From positions 32,001-96,000 of the forward strand of contig JBCCWC010000008.1 of the NCBI GenBank assembly GCA_039194325.1: DNA of 64,000 nucleotides, written 5' to 3'. Positions 20,579-28,639 of the stretch are shown in pieces. This DNA comes from Myxococcota bacterium (GTDB lineage Bacteria > Myxococcota_A > Polyangia > Nannocystales > Nannocystaceae). The notes under the pieces were generated by a model, which saw only the letters and a program-made list of their open reading frames with translations, searched no databases and was not told the DNA's origin. Each line of letters begins with the position of its first letter. Position 1 is the stretch's first letter. The translations under genes and the position numbers were made by a program.

Positions 20579-21196
20579 GTGCCGATCTGGACCTTCGTGC
20601 GCCACGGGCAGAGCGTGGCCAACCAGGAAGGGTGGCTCGCCGGACACCAGGACGCGCCCCTGACGGAACAGGGCCGGACCGAGGCCCGGGCGGCGGGTAC
20701 CCGACTGACGACGCCACTGCCGACCCGAGCATTCTGTTCGGATCTATCCCGGGCTCACGAGACTGCCCGACTAATGCTCGCCGGGCTCGACATCCCCCTG
20801 ACGATCACACCGAAGCTCCGAGAACGTACCTGTGGCGCCTTAGAACGACGATCGATCGCCGAAGTCGCCGCTCACCCGGAGTACCCGACCCGACTGAGCA
20901 GCTGGACCGGCCGCCCACCCGGAGGGGAAAGCCTTCTCGACGTCGCACTCCGTGCAGTGCGCTGGCTGGCGTCGGTGGATGACGACTCGTCAGGGGAAAC
21001 CTTGGTGGTCGCTCATGGAGCGCTCATCGCCGCCGTCATCGTGGTGCTCGATGGCCGGCCGCGGTCCGATCTGGACCAGTGGCGCCTGGGCAACTGCGCA
21101 ATGGTGCGGCGAGAGATCGCATCGGGGACCTGGATCCAACGGCTCGATGAACTGCGATGTGAGAGCAGCAACGTGGACAAAAGGGCCAAAGAGTAG
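20579..21196 (+). CDS. Histidine phosphatase (phosphoglycerate mutase family)
   Basis: VRHGQS..N, SDLSRAHET, LRER, PGGES, VVAHG. Confidence 0.9.
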   Translation: MPIWTFVRHGQSVANQEGWLAGHQDAPLTEQGRTEARAAGTRLTTPLPTRAFCSDLSRAHETARLMLAGLDIPLTITPKLRERTCGALERRSIAEVAAHPEYPTRLSSWTGRPPGGESLLDVALRAVRWLASVDDDSSGETLVVAHGALIAAVIVVLDGRPRSDLDQWRLGNCAMVRREIASGTWIQRLDELRCESSNVDKRAKE

Positions 21197-21600
21197 TGCA
21201 CGGAATCGCCCGATGCCCTACATTCCTACCACCCCCATGCAGCACAACCGAAGCAGTCGCCCGAGTCCGCGCGCGCCGTTCCACCTGCTCGGCCGCCCCA
21301 TACAAAACCCTTGGCGTCGTAACGTCCTCGATGACGACCTCTTGGGCTCCGAGTGGCGCTGGGACTCGGACGATTCCAAAGCAACCCCCACCACCCACTA
21401 GTCACCGACCGTCGCTCACTGCCAGCGACCTCGAACCGGCGACGCCGACCCGACCGAGATGGTCGCGGTCGGCGTCTTGCTTTGGGGCGGCAGAGGGCAA
21501 TGAACTCGCGCAGCACTAAGATTGCCGAGGCTCGATCCCCACCGAACGGACTCGGCAAGACGAACGGGCGAACCCAGTGCTGGCCGGCGAGGTTCTGGTG

Positions 21601-21933
21601 CTACCCGGCGAGGCGAAGACCTCGGCGATGCGATCCGGTGCGATCGAGTCGACGGCCGAGCCGCCGACCGATCCGATGGACCGCCAGGTCGATGGCATCC
21701 CGCACGTGCTCCTCGGTGCCCTCGGCCCGGACGCTCCCCCCGTGGTCGAGGATGACCTCGACTCGGCATTGCTTGTCGACGCCGCCACGGGGACCGTTGA
21801 GATCGGCGAGCTTGACGTCGACCCGGCGGATCCTCGAAGCGAAGCGACCCAGGGCGGCATCGAGACGGCGCTCGACGAGGAATGCGAGCGGCTCCGAGAG
21901 GGAAAGATTGCGACCACGAACTTCGATCTCCAT
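21601..21933 (-). CDS. HPF/RaiA family ribosome-associated protein
   Basis: MEIEVRGRNLSLSEPL..VDVKLADLNGPRGGVDKQCRVEV; AAGGAG RBS before ATG 21933. Confidence 0.85.
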   Translation of the reverse strand: MEIEVRGRNLSLSEPLAFLVERRLDAALGRFASRIRRVDVKLADLNGPRGGVDKQCRVEVILDHGGSVRAEGTEEHVRDAIDLAVHRIGRRLGRRLDRTGSHRRGLRLAG

Positions 21934-21959
21934 AGGATTCTCCTTGCGGTGACCAGGCG

Positions 21960-21977
21960 TTGCAAGCCGAGGTCCAG
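21960..21977 (-). promoter_or_regulatory. Putative sigma-54 promoter of the HPF/RaiA gene
   Basis: Minus strand reads CTGGACCTCGGCTTGCAA (GG-N10-GC), ~27 nt above the start codon. Confidence 0.55.
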
Positions 21978-22016
21978 ATTCAGCATGGACCAACATCACC
22001 CCGGATCTTTCACTTC

Positions 22017-22056
22017 CCGAGCCAGATCCGAGCCAGATCCGAGCCAGATCCGAGCC
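22017..22056. repeat. 11-bp tandem repeat (CCGAGCCAGAT x3.6)
   Basis: Read directly; lies upstream of the putative sigma-54 promoter. Confidence 0.85.
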
Positions 22057-22458
22057 CAACCCATCGATGACGAGCGCCACACCGCGACGTCCGTGCACGG
22101 AGGGCTCGAAGGCCATGACAAAGCGGCAATGAGGACCGAGGTGCGCTCGCCTACCCAGCGAGACGGACGCACCACCCGCAGCCTCGGGCGCGCCGGGCAC
22201 CGGTCGCCCACGAAAGGCTCGACGCTCGTTGCTCGTTGCTCGTTGCTCGAGGCCGAGCGCACCAGCGCCATGGTGCAAGATCGATCATTCCCCGCAAAAA
22301 CTCCTCATCCCCGGGAATCAATCGGGCGCCAGCTCTCACCAATAGAGTCGTGATTGATGTGACTACCGGGCCGCAACGGTTCGCACGCGCGACGGCCCCG
22401 GCGCCCACCATGTCGTGCGAACCGTCGCACAAGTCAGAAGCACGATCGCCGGCCGGGC

Positions 22459-22752
22459 TCACAGATCGAGGGTCATGCGAACGAGCTCGGGCATGAAGTG
22501 ACCCCGCAGCTGGATCAGGCTCTCGTGGTGCGGGGGCCGCCGCCAAGGGATCAGCGAGCCATCGGGCGACAGGTGCTCACCGGTCAGCTCGTCGTCGGCG
22601 AACTCGTAGTAGCTCACGTCGCCCTTCTGGCCGGTGTAGGCGGCGTCGTCGGCGTCAGCGTTGGTGCCCGTGCTGGTCTCGCGCGGCGCCGGCTCGGCGG
22701 TACTAGGGGCAAGGACGAGGGTGGTGCTCAGCAAGAGGGTCAGGGTGCTCAT
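22459..22752 (-). CDS. Small secreted CglF/GltF-like protein
   Basis: Signal peptide, then YEFADDELTGEHLSPDG..HESLIQLRGHFMPEL..DL, matching the CglF/GltF pattern F-DD-I/L-G---PDG...H-xLI-xR-xF. Confidence 0.75.
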   Translation of the reverse strand: MSTLTLLLSTTLVLAPSTAEPAPRETSTGTNADADDAAYTGQKGDVSYYEFADDELTGEHLSPDGSLIPWRRPPHHESLIQLRGHFMPELVRMTLDL

Positions 22753-22899
22753 GATGTCGTCTCCTGGCCGTGGCGGCGACGCGCGACGCTTCGTGCCCTC
22801 GGCTCACCCAGGTCCTTGGCCGCTCGCGGCGGGTTCCGTGAGCGACGCGATCATTTCGTTGGACCCGAGCGGCGCGCAGCAGATCACAGGCAGTACGCC

Positions 22900-23050
22900 C
22901 GCTCGAGCACGACGAGCACGGAGCCTGCTCGGTCTTGACGCGGTTCTCCACATCGACGCAGAGGTTCGTGTTGCCCGAGGGCCGGATCGTGGCCGACTCG
23001 GCGTCGTGGTTGAACAACTTCCACTTTGGGTTGATCCCTCCGTTGCCTCC
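22900..23050 (-). pseudogene. Possible ricin-B/beta-trefoil repeat relic
   Basis: One frame reads NGGINPKWKLF..ATIRPSGNTNLCVDVEN, resembling ricin-B subdomain motifs; an in-frame stop lies upstream and there is no start before the motif. Confidence 0.35.
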
Positions 23051-23093
23051 GGCCGTGCCCTCCGGGGGACACGCGAACGAGCGCGAGACCGGA

Positions 23094-23116
23094 AATCAAG
23101 CGCGTGGCGCTTGATT
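23094..23116. other. Inverted repeat immediately after the ECF sigma stop codon
   Basis: AATCAAGCGC-GTG-GCGCTTGATT; only a short T run follows. Confidence 0.6.
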
Positions 23117-23121
23117 CCGAC

Positions 23122-24189
23122 CTAGAGATCGAACGCGAGGCGCCACAGATCGGCGATGAAGTCTCGTCGCGGCGTAAGCAACGAAGGATGGTGGACCGGA
23201 CGCTGCCCCACCACCGCGGTCGACCAGGGCACGGCAAGCGGTGAGCCAAGCTCGGCCTCGGCCTCGACCAACTCGACCGGAGCCACCTCGGGCTCGACCT
23301 CGCGCGAGGGCAACGCCGAGATCGACCGCCGCGGGCGCACGGCGGCGACCGGCGCGTCCTCGTCGTCCTCGACGACGAGGACGACCTCCTCGTCGTCCTC
23401 GGGCGGCGCGACGGCCCTCGAAGCAACCCGAGGGGTCACCGCCCGCGGCCAGCGATGACTCGTGTCATCCTCGGCCCCGGTCACGGCTACACCATCGACG
23501 ACCGCCAACGATGCCTCGGCAGGCTCGACCGCGACCAGCGGCACGACCTGAGTGGCCGCCACCACCGCTACGGCACTGACGCTCACGGCGACCGCGGGCT
23601 TGCTCAGCCACGCCGGCCAGGCCCACGAAAGCCCAGCGGCGAACACGGGCCGACCCGTGGAGACGTGGTGCCGATCCATGGCAGCCTCGAAGCGCTTGCG
23701 TGCAGCGCGAAGCCGGGCATAGACGGTGTTGAGGTTGACGTCGAGCAGCTCGGCGATCTCGGGACCGCGGCGACCCTCGATCTCGGAGAGCACGAATACC
23801 GCGCACTTGTCGGCGTCGAGCGAGCCGAGAAAATCGTCGAGGATCGCTCCCGCCTGACGGCGGGCGACCCCCCGCTCGGGCAATCCCGGCCCCTCGGGCG
23901 CTGGCAAGGCGGCTTGTAGCCGGTCTCGGCGACGCTGACTGCGGCGGTAGCCCGAAGCCACCCCGCGCGCGATCCCCCACAGCCAGTTCTTGAGGCTGCG
24001 ATCCCGCTGCCAGTCGTCGATCCGCCGGTGCAGCACGACGAATACGTCTTGTACGGCGTCGTCGAGGCTGCCCGGCGGGACCCCCAACTGGCGCAAAGCC
24101 CGTCGCACCATCGCCGCATGCTCCCGATACAACACGACGAACGCGGGTCGAGGAGGGGTGAGGGTGGTCTTGGGCGAGCCGTCCGCCAT
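23122..24189 (-). CDS. ECF sigma factor with a C-terminal extension (hydrophobic segment, acidic linker, CglF/GltF-like tail)
   Basis: Sigma2 DDAVQDVFVVLHRR..WLWGIAR; sigma4 VFVLSEIEG..EIAELLDVNLNTVYARLRAAR; start ATG 24189. Confidence 0.88.
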   Translation of the reverse strand: MADGSPKTTLTPPRPAFVVLYREHAAMVRRALRQLGVPPGSLDDAVQDVFVVLHRRIDDWQRDRSLKNWLWGIARGVASGYRRSQRRRDRLQAALPAPEGPGLPERGVARRQAGAILDDFLGSLDADKCAVFVLSEIEGRRGPEIAELLDVNLNTVYARLRAARKRFEAAMDRHHVSTGRPVFAAGLSWAWPAWLSKPAVAVSVSAVAVVAATQVVPLVAVEPAEASLAVVDGVAVTGAEDDTSHRWPRAVTPRVASRAVAPPEDDEEVVLVVEDDEDAPVAAVRPRRSISALPSREVEPEVAPVELVEAEAELGSPLAVPWSTAVVGQRPVHHPSLLTPRRDFIADLWRLAFDL

Positions 24190-24269
24190 CGGTAGGTTCC
24201 TTGGCCGGGTCGATGGATTTCCGTGAACGCGCGGGGCGATGAATCGACGAACCCCGCCGGGTCTTCCCA

Positions 24270-24314
24270 GCGGTTCCACCGGCGGTTCCACCGGCGGTCC
24301 CACCGGCGGTCCCA
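24270..24314. repeat. 12-bp tandem repeat (GCGGTYCCACCG x3.7) in the divergent intergenic region
   Basis: Read directly. Confidence 0.85.
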
Positions 24315-24445
24315 GTGGTTAGGACGCGCGCGCGAGGCAGAGGTTCCACGCGCGGGGTCGACCAGGTGTTCCCACGCCTTGCGCAATTTGCGCATTTTCT
24401 CGACGCGGTATCGTCGGGCGGCATCGAAACCGACCGAGACGCACC

Positions 24446-26128
24446 ATGGACCGCGAGCCGCTCGTCGATCTTCCCACCCACCGCGTCACCAACCAGCCGC
24501 CACCGCTCGTCGACTACGACGTGATGGCCGGAGACGCCGCGCTGCGCGAGGCGGTGGCCCGTGAGGGTGCCGACTGGGCCGAAGAGCTCCTGCATCGCTT
24601 TGGCCACGCGGTGGGGAGCCGCAAGTACATCGAGGCGGGATTCCTCGCCAACGAACACCCCCCGCAGCTGCGGACGTTCGACCGCTACGGCCAGCGGGTC
24701 GACGAGGTGGACTTCCACCCGGCGTACCACCAGCTGATGGGCCTGGCGATGGAGTACCGCCTGCCGAGCCTGCCGTGGGCCGAGCCGCGCGCGGGGGCGC
24801 ATGTGACCCACGCGGCGATGGTCTATCTGCTGACGCAGGTCGAGCCCGGGGTGATGTGCCCGCAGGTGATGACCTACGCGGCGGTGCCCGCCCTTCGCCA
24901 CCAGCCGGAGGTGGCCGAGCAGTGGCTGCCCAAGATCCTCGACGGGCGGTACGACTCGCGCAGCATCCCGGCGACGGACAAGAACGGGGTGACGCTCGGG
25001 ATGGCGATGACCGAGAAGCAAGGCGGATCGGATGTCCGCGCCAATACGACCCGGGCGACCGCGGTGGGCAAGGGCGGACCCGGCCAGGAGTATCGCCTGC
25101 GCGGACACAAGTGGTTTTGCTCGGCGCCGATGTGCGATGCCTTCCTGACGCTGGCCCACACCGCCGAGGGCCTGTCGTGCTTCTTGGTGCCGCGCTGGCG
25201 ACCGGACGGCACGCGCAACCGATTCTTCATCCAGCGGCTCAAGAACAAGCTGGGCAACCGCTCCAACGCGAGCAGCGAGATCGAGTACGACGACACCTGG
25301 GCCACGATGATCGGGCAAGAAGGTCGCGGGGTGCGGACGATCATCGAGATGGTCCACCACACCCGCCTGGACGCCGCGGTGGCCCCCGCGGCGCTGATGC
25401 GACAGGCGCTGACCCAGGCGATCCACCATGCGCGACACCGCAAGGCGTTCGGCAAGCTCTTGGTCGAGCAACCACTGATGAGGGCGGTGCTGGCCGATCT
25501 GGCCCTGGAGGTGGAGGCGAGCGTGGCCCTGCTGATGCGGGTGGCCCGGAGCTTCGATGAGTCCCAAGACGAGCCCGCCGCGGCCCGGATGTCCCGATTG
25601 TCCACCGCGTTCACCAAGTATTGGATCAACAAGCGCGCCCCGGGGCACGTGTACGAGGCGCTGGAGTGCCTGGGCGGGGCGGGCTACATCGAGGAGTCGA
25701 TGATGCCGCGGCTTTATCGGGAGGCGCCGCTCAACAGCATCTGGGAGGGCTCGGGGAACGTGATCTGCCTGGACGTGCTGCGGGCGATCCGGCGCGATCC
25801 GGAGTGTCTACAGGCGCTACTAGACGAGCTGCAGCCGGCCTGCCAAGACGAGCCCCGCGTGGCCGACCTGGTGGCCGATGCGGGGGCGATGCTGTCGGAC
25901 ACGGACCACGTGGAGCTACGCGCCAGGCAGCTGACCCAGAACCTCGCCATGGCGATGCAGGCCGCGCTGCTGATGAAGCATGCACCCACCCCGGTGGCCG
26001 ATGCGTTCATCGCCGCGCGCCTGGGGGGCGCGGGCGTTCGGGCGTATGGGGCGCTGCCGTCGGGGATCGATCTGGATCTGCTGATCGAGCGAGCGACGCC
26101 TAGCACCCCCATTCGTTCGGCCAGGTAG
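24446..26128 (+). CDS. aidB: AidB-like acyl-CoA dehydrogenase
   Basis: THRVTNQPPPL, GMAMTEKQGGSDVRAN, GHKWFCSAP, LKNKLGNRSNASSEIE, YREAPLNSIWEGSGNV. Confidence 0.85.
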   Translation: MDREPLVDLPTHRVTNQPPPLVDYDVMAGDAALREAVAREGADWAEELLHRFGHAVGSRKYIEAGFLANEHPPQLRTFDRYGQRVDEVDFHPAYHQLMGLAMEYRLPSLPWAEPRAGAHVTHAAMVYLLTQVEPGVMCPQVMTYAAVPALRHQPEVAEQWLPKILDGRYDSRSIPATDKNGVTLGMAMTEKQGGSDVRANTTRATAVGKGGPGQEYRLRGHKWFCSAPMCDAFLTLAHTAEGLSCFLVPRWRPDGTRNRFFIQRLKNKLGNRSNASSEIEYDDTWATMIGQEGRGVRTIIEMVHHTRLDAAVAPAALMRQALTQAIHHARHRKAFGKLLVEQPLMRAVLADLALEVEASVALLMRVARSFDESQDEPAAARMSRLSTAFTKYWINKRAPGHVYEALECLGGAGYIEESMMPRLYREAPLNSIWEGSGNVICLDVLRAIRRDPECLQALLDELQPACQDEPRVADLVADAGAMLSDTDHVELRARQLTQNLAMAMQAALLMKHAPTPVADAFIAARLGGAGVRAYGALPSGIDLDLLIERATPSTPIRSAR

Positions 26129-26189
26129 GAAGGCAGGCCAACCGCTAGGCTGGCGACGAGCATTCTGGGTCGACGCGGTGCGGCGCGTA

Positions 26190-27287
26190 TCAAGCCTGGC
26201 GGCGGCGCGGCGCGACACCCAACAGCAACAGCCACCAGGCCAGCCCGGTGGTTGGCCGGGGTGCGTGGGCCTGGCTGCGACAGCCACAGCCATCGTCGCC
26301 CACCGGGGGAAGCTGGCCGCCACCGCTTTGGTCCGAGCCTGCCTCGCCGGTGGAGCCGCTGGTGCCTTCGAAAGGCGGCAGGGGCTCGCCCGTGCCGGAA
26401 TCATCCGGCCCGCCGTCGTCGCTGGCCGGCGGTGCCGGCGGAGGTTCGGGCGCATCGAAGAGCATCAGCTGTGGCTCGAAGACCAGCGAGTCGTCGGTCG
26501 GAGGCAGGGCAATGGGGATGTCGATCCCGACGATCTCGAACTCCTGCCCCAAGATCGACATGACCAGGTGAGGCCGGACGATGAGCACCGGGGCGGTCTG
26601 GAGATTGGTGACCAGCACCCCCTCGACCTCGAGCGCCTCGTCGGTCGTGGCGGGGCTGAGCGGCGACGGCACGCCCTCGGCATCCACGATCGCGCTATCG
26701 CCCTCGGTGGTGGCTTCGATCCGCAGGCCCTCGAGGCTGGCGGTGATGTCGGCCGCCACGTCGACGTCGAGGTTGCCGGAGGCGATGACGATGTCCGGCA
26801 CGATGGGCACGGAGGCTACGGTGAAGCCGTCGGTCTGGTCGTCGATCTCGACGGGGCGGTCGGGATTGCCCGGCAGCAGGTACGGGGTGAACAACGCCTC
26901 GGAGATGATGGCGTAGTCCCACGGGCCCAGCAGATCCGACTGCCACTGGAAGCCGGCCACGTCGAAGCGCACGCTGGCCTGGAGCTCCAGGCCCACGTCG
27001 ATCGCAAAGTGACCGCCCTGGAGATCACCAACGAACTCGATCGCCTCGGCGTTCCAGTCGTAGAGGGCGTCACCGAGCATGTCGATGGAGATCGAGTCGG
27101 CCGCGTGCGCATAAAAACGCAGCTGCAAGGGGCCGTTGGCGGGGACCCAGCCAGAGTCGAAGTCGACGTCTTGGAAGCCGACGAGCTGCTGCTCGAGGGA
27201 GGGCTCGAAGCGATCGGTGGCGGTCGCTTCGGCGATGCCCCCAAAGGCGAGCCAGCCGAAGGCCGCGAGCGTCGGTGCGGTGAGCAT
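26190..27287 (-). CDS. Secreted protein with a MYXO-CTERM-like sorting tail
   Basis: Signal peptide; C-terminal GCGCRS..LAWWLLLLGVAPRRR. Confidence 0.8.
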   Translation of the reverse strand: MLTAPTLAAFGWLAFGGIAEATATDRFEPSLEQQLVGFQDVDFDSGWVPANGPLQLRFYAHAADSISIDMLGDALYDWNAEAIEFVGDLQGGHFAIDVGLELQASVRFDVAGFQWQSDLLGPWDYAIISEALFTPYLLPGNPDRPVEIDDQTDGFTVASVPIVPDIVIASGNLDVDVAADITASLEGLRIEATTEGDSAIVDAEGVPSPLSPATTDEALEVEGVLVTNLQTAPVLIVRPHLVMSILGQEFEIVGIDIPIALPPTDDSLVFEPQLMLFDAPEPPPAPPASDDGGPDDSGTGEPLPPFEGTSGSTGEAGSDQSGGGQLPPVGDDGCGCRSQAHAPRPTTGLAWWLLLLGVAPRRRQA

Positions 27288-27353
27288 GGCGCGGGAGGCT
27301 ATCAGGGACGATCGTGCGAGCGGTAGGCCGATGGCGGCTCACCGTGGGCCGCT

Positions 27354-27926
27354 CTAGTCGGCCGGGAGATCGAGGATGCCGTCGTAGAGAGTGTCGATCG
27401 TGAGGCTGATCTCGGGGCTGAGCGCAATCCGGCCGCCCGGCTCGACGACCTCATAACGCCAGGCACCATCCGACTGGCGCTGGAACCACTCGATCCGCGG
27501 GGCGGCCTGGGACACGAGGAGGTAGTGGGAGAGCGACGGGATCTGTCGATAGCTGGCCCACTTGTCCCCGCGGTCGTAGGGCTCGGTGCTCCGCGAGAGG
27601 ACCTCGAAGACGGCCCAGGGATTGGCGAGCACGTCGTGGGTGCCCTCGGCAAGCTCGACTGGGCCATAGACCACGCTGACATCGGGGTAGACGTAGTGCT
27701 CGCCGCCGCGGGCAATGATCCGCTGGTCCGAGGTGAGCACGCGGCACGGCCCGCCGCGCAGCTCGGCTCGAAGATCCCCGATGATGGCGGCGCAGAGCGC
27801 ATTGTGACGCGGGCTGCCGCCCGCCATCGCAAAGACCTCGCCATGGAAGCACTCGTGACGCTCGGACTGGGTGCGCTCCCACGCGAGGTACTCGCTGGCG
27901 TTCATCTGGGTCGAGGGCAAGCCCAC
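27354..27926 (-). CDS. Uma2 (DUF820) family PD-(D/E)xK endonuclease
   Basis: GEVFAMAGGSPRH, YVYPDVSVV, FEVLSRSTEPYDRGDK..YRQIPSL. Confidence 0.9.
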   Translation of the reverse strand: MGLPSTQMNASEYLAWERTQSERHECFHGEVFAMAGGSPRHNALCAAIIGDLRAELRGGPCRVLTSDQRIIARGGEHYVYPDVSVVYGPVELAEGTHDVLANPWAVFEVLSRSTEPYDRGDKWASYRQIPSLSHYLLVSQAAPRIEWFQRQSDGAWRYEVVEPGGRIALSPEISLTIDTLYDGILDLPAD

Positions 27927-27983
27927 GAGGATGATGATAGCACCGCGCCAGGCGCCCGGGACGTTCGAGCCGCGCTGGAAATC

Positions 27984-28589
27984 CTACGGCTCGCTGGCTT
28001 CGGCGATGGCCTCGTCGAGCTCGCGCCACAGGTCGTCGACGGGCAGCCGCAGCTCGGGACAGCCGGGCACCGACACCGTACCGTCGGTCGCGTTGACGAG
28101 GTGGACGTAGCGGCCTTGGTCGTTCAGCTCGAGGATCTCCACGCTGCGCAGCTGCGGGTCGACGAGCCAGTACCACTTGATGCCAAAGGCAGCGTACTCG
28201 GAGAGTTTTTCGATCCGATCTCGGCGAGCATCGCTTGGGGTGGCAGAGACGATCTCGACGGCGATGCTGGGCGGGGTTCGTACGGCGCCACGGGACGGCG
28301 GCCGGGGTGAACCCGCGAGAAACACGGAGAGATCAGGGCTGCGACCGGTGTCCTTGGTGAGGACGTACCGAAGGCCCGAGCCGACCACGCGCACACCGTG
28401 GGCACGACACCAAACGAGCAACAGCTCCATCAGCCAGGCCAGCGCTACTTCATGTAGGTAGCTGGGCTTCTCTGTCTCTACGAGGGTGCCACGCACCAGC
28501 TCTCCTCGATACTCATCAGAGAGCTCCGCCCAATCCTCTACCCGCAAGATAGGCGCAGTGCCCTGCGGTGAAGCGCCTAGTGGCATCAA
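27984..28589 (-). CDS. Uma2 (DUF820) family PD-(D/E)xK endonuclease
   Basis: ELVRGTL, SPDL, AVEIVS..DRIEKLSEYAAFGIKWYWLVDP. Confidence 0.9.
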   Translation of the reverse strand: MMPLGASPQGTAPILRVEDWAELSDEYRGELVRGTLVETEKPSYLHEVALAWLMELLLVWCRAHGVRVVGSGLRYVLTKDTGRSPDLSVFLAGSPRPPSRGAVRTPPSIAVEIVSATPSDARRDRIEKLSEYAAFGIKWYWLVDPQLRSVEILELNDQGRYVHLVNATDGTVSVPGCPELRLPVDDLWRELDEAIAEASEP

Positions 28590-28639
28590 GACTCAGCATA
28601 TCACGGCGTCTCTGCCGCATCTTCAGGGTCCTCCGATAC

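Noticed and set aside
21213..21401. Possible 62-aa small ORF after the phosphatase gene
   Set aside because: No recognisable motif or clear RBS, so it cannot be supported.
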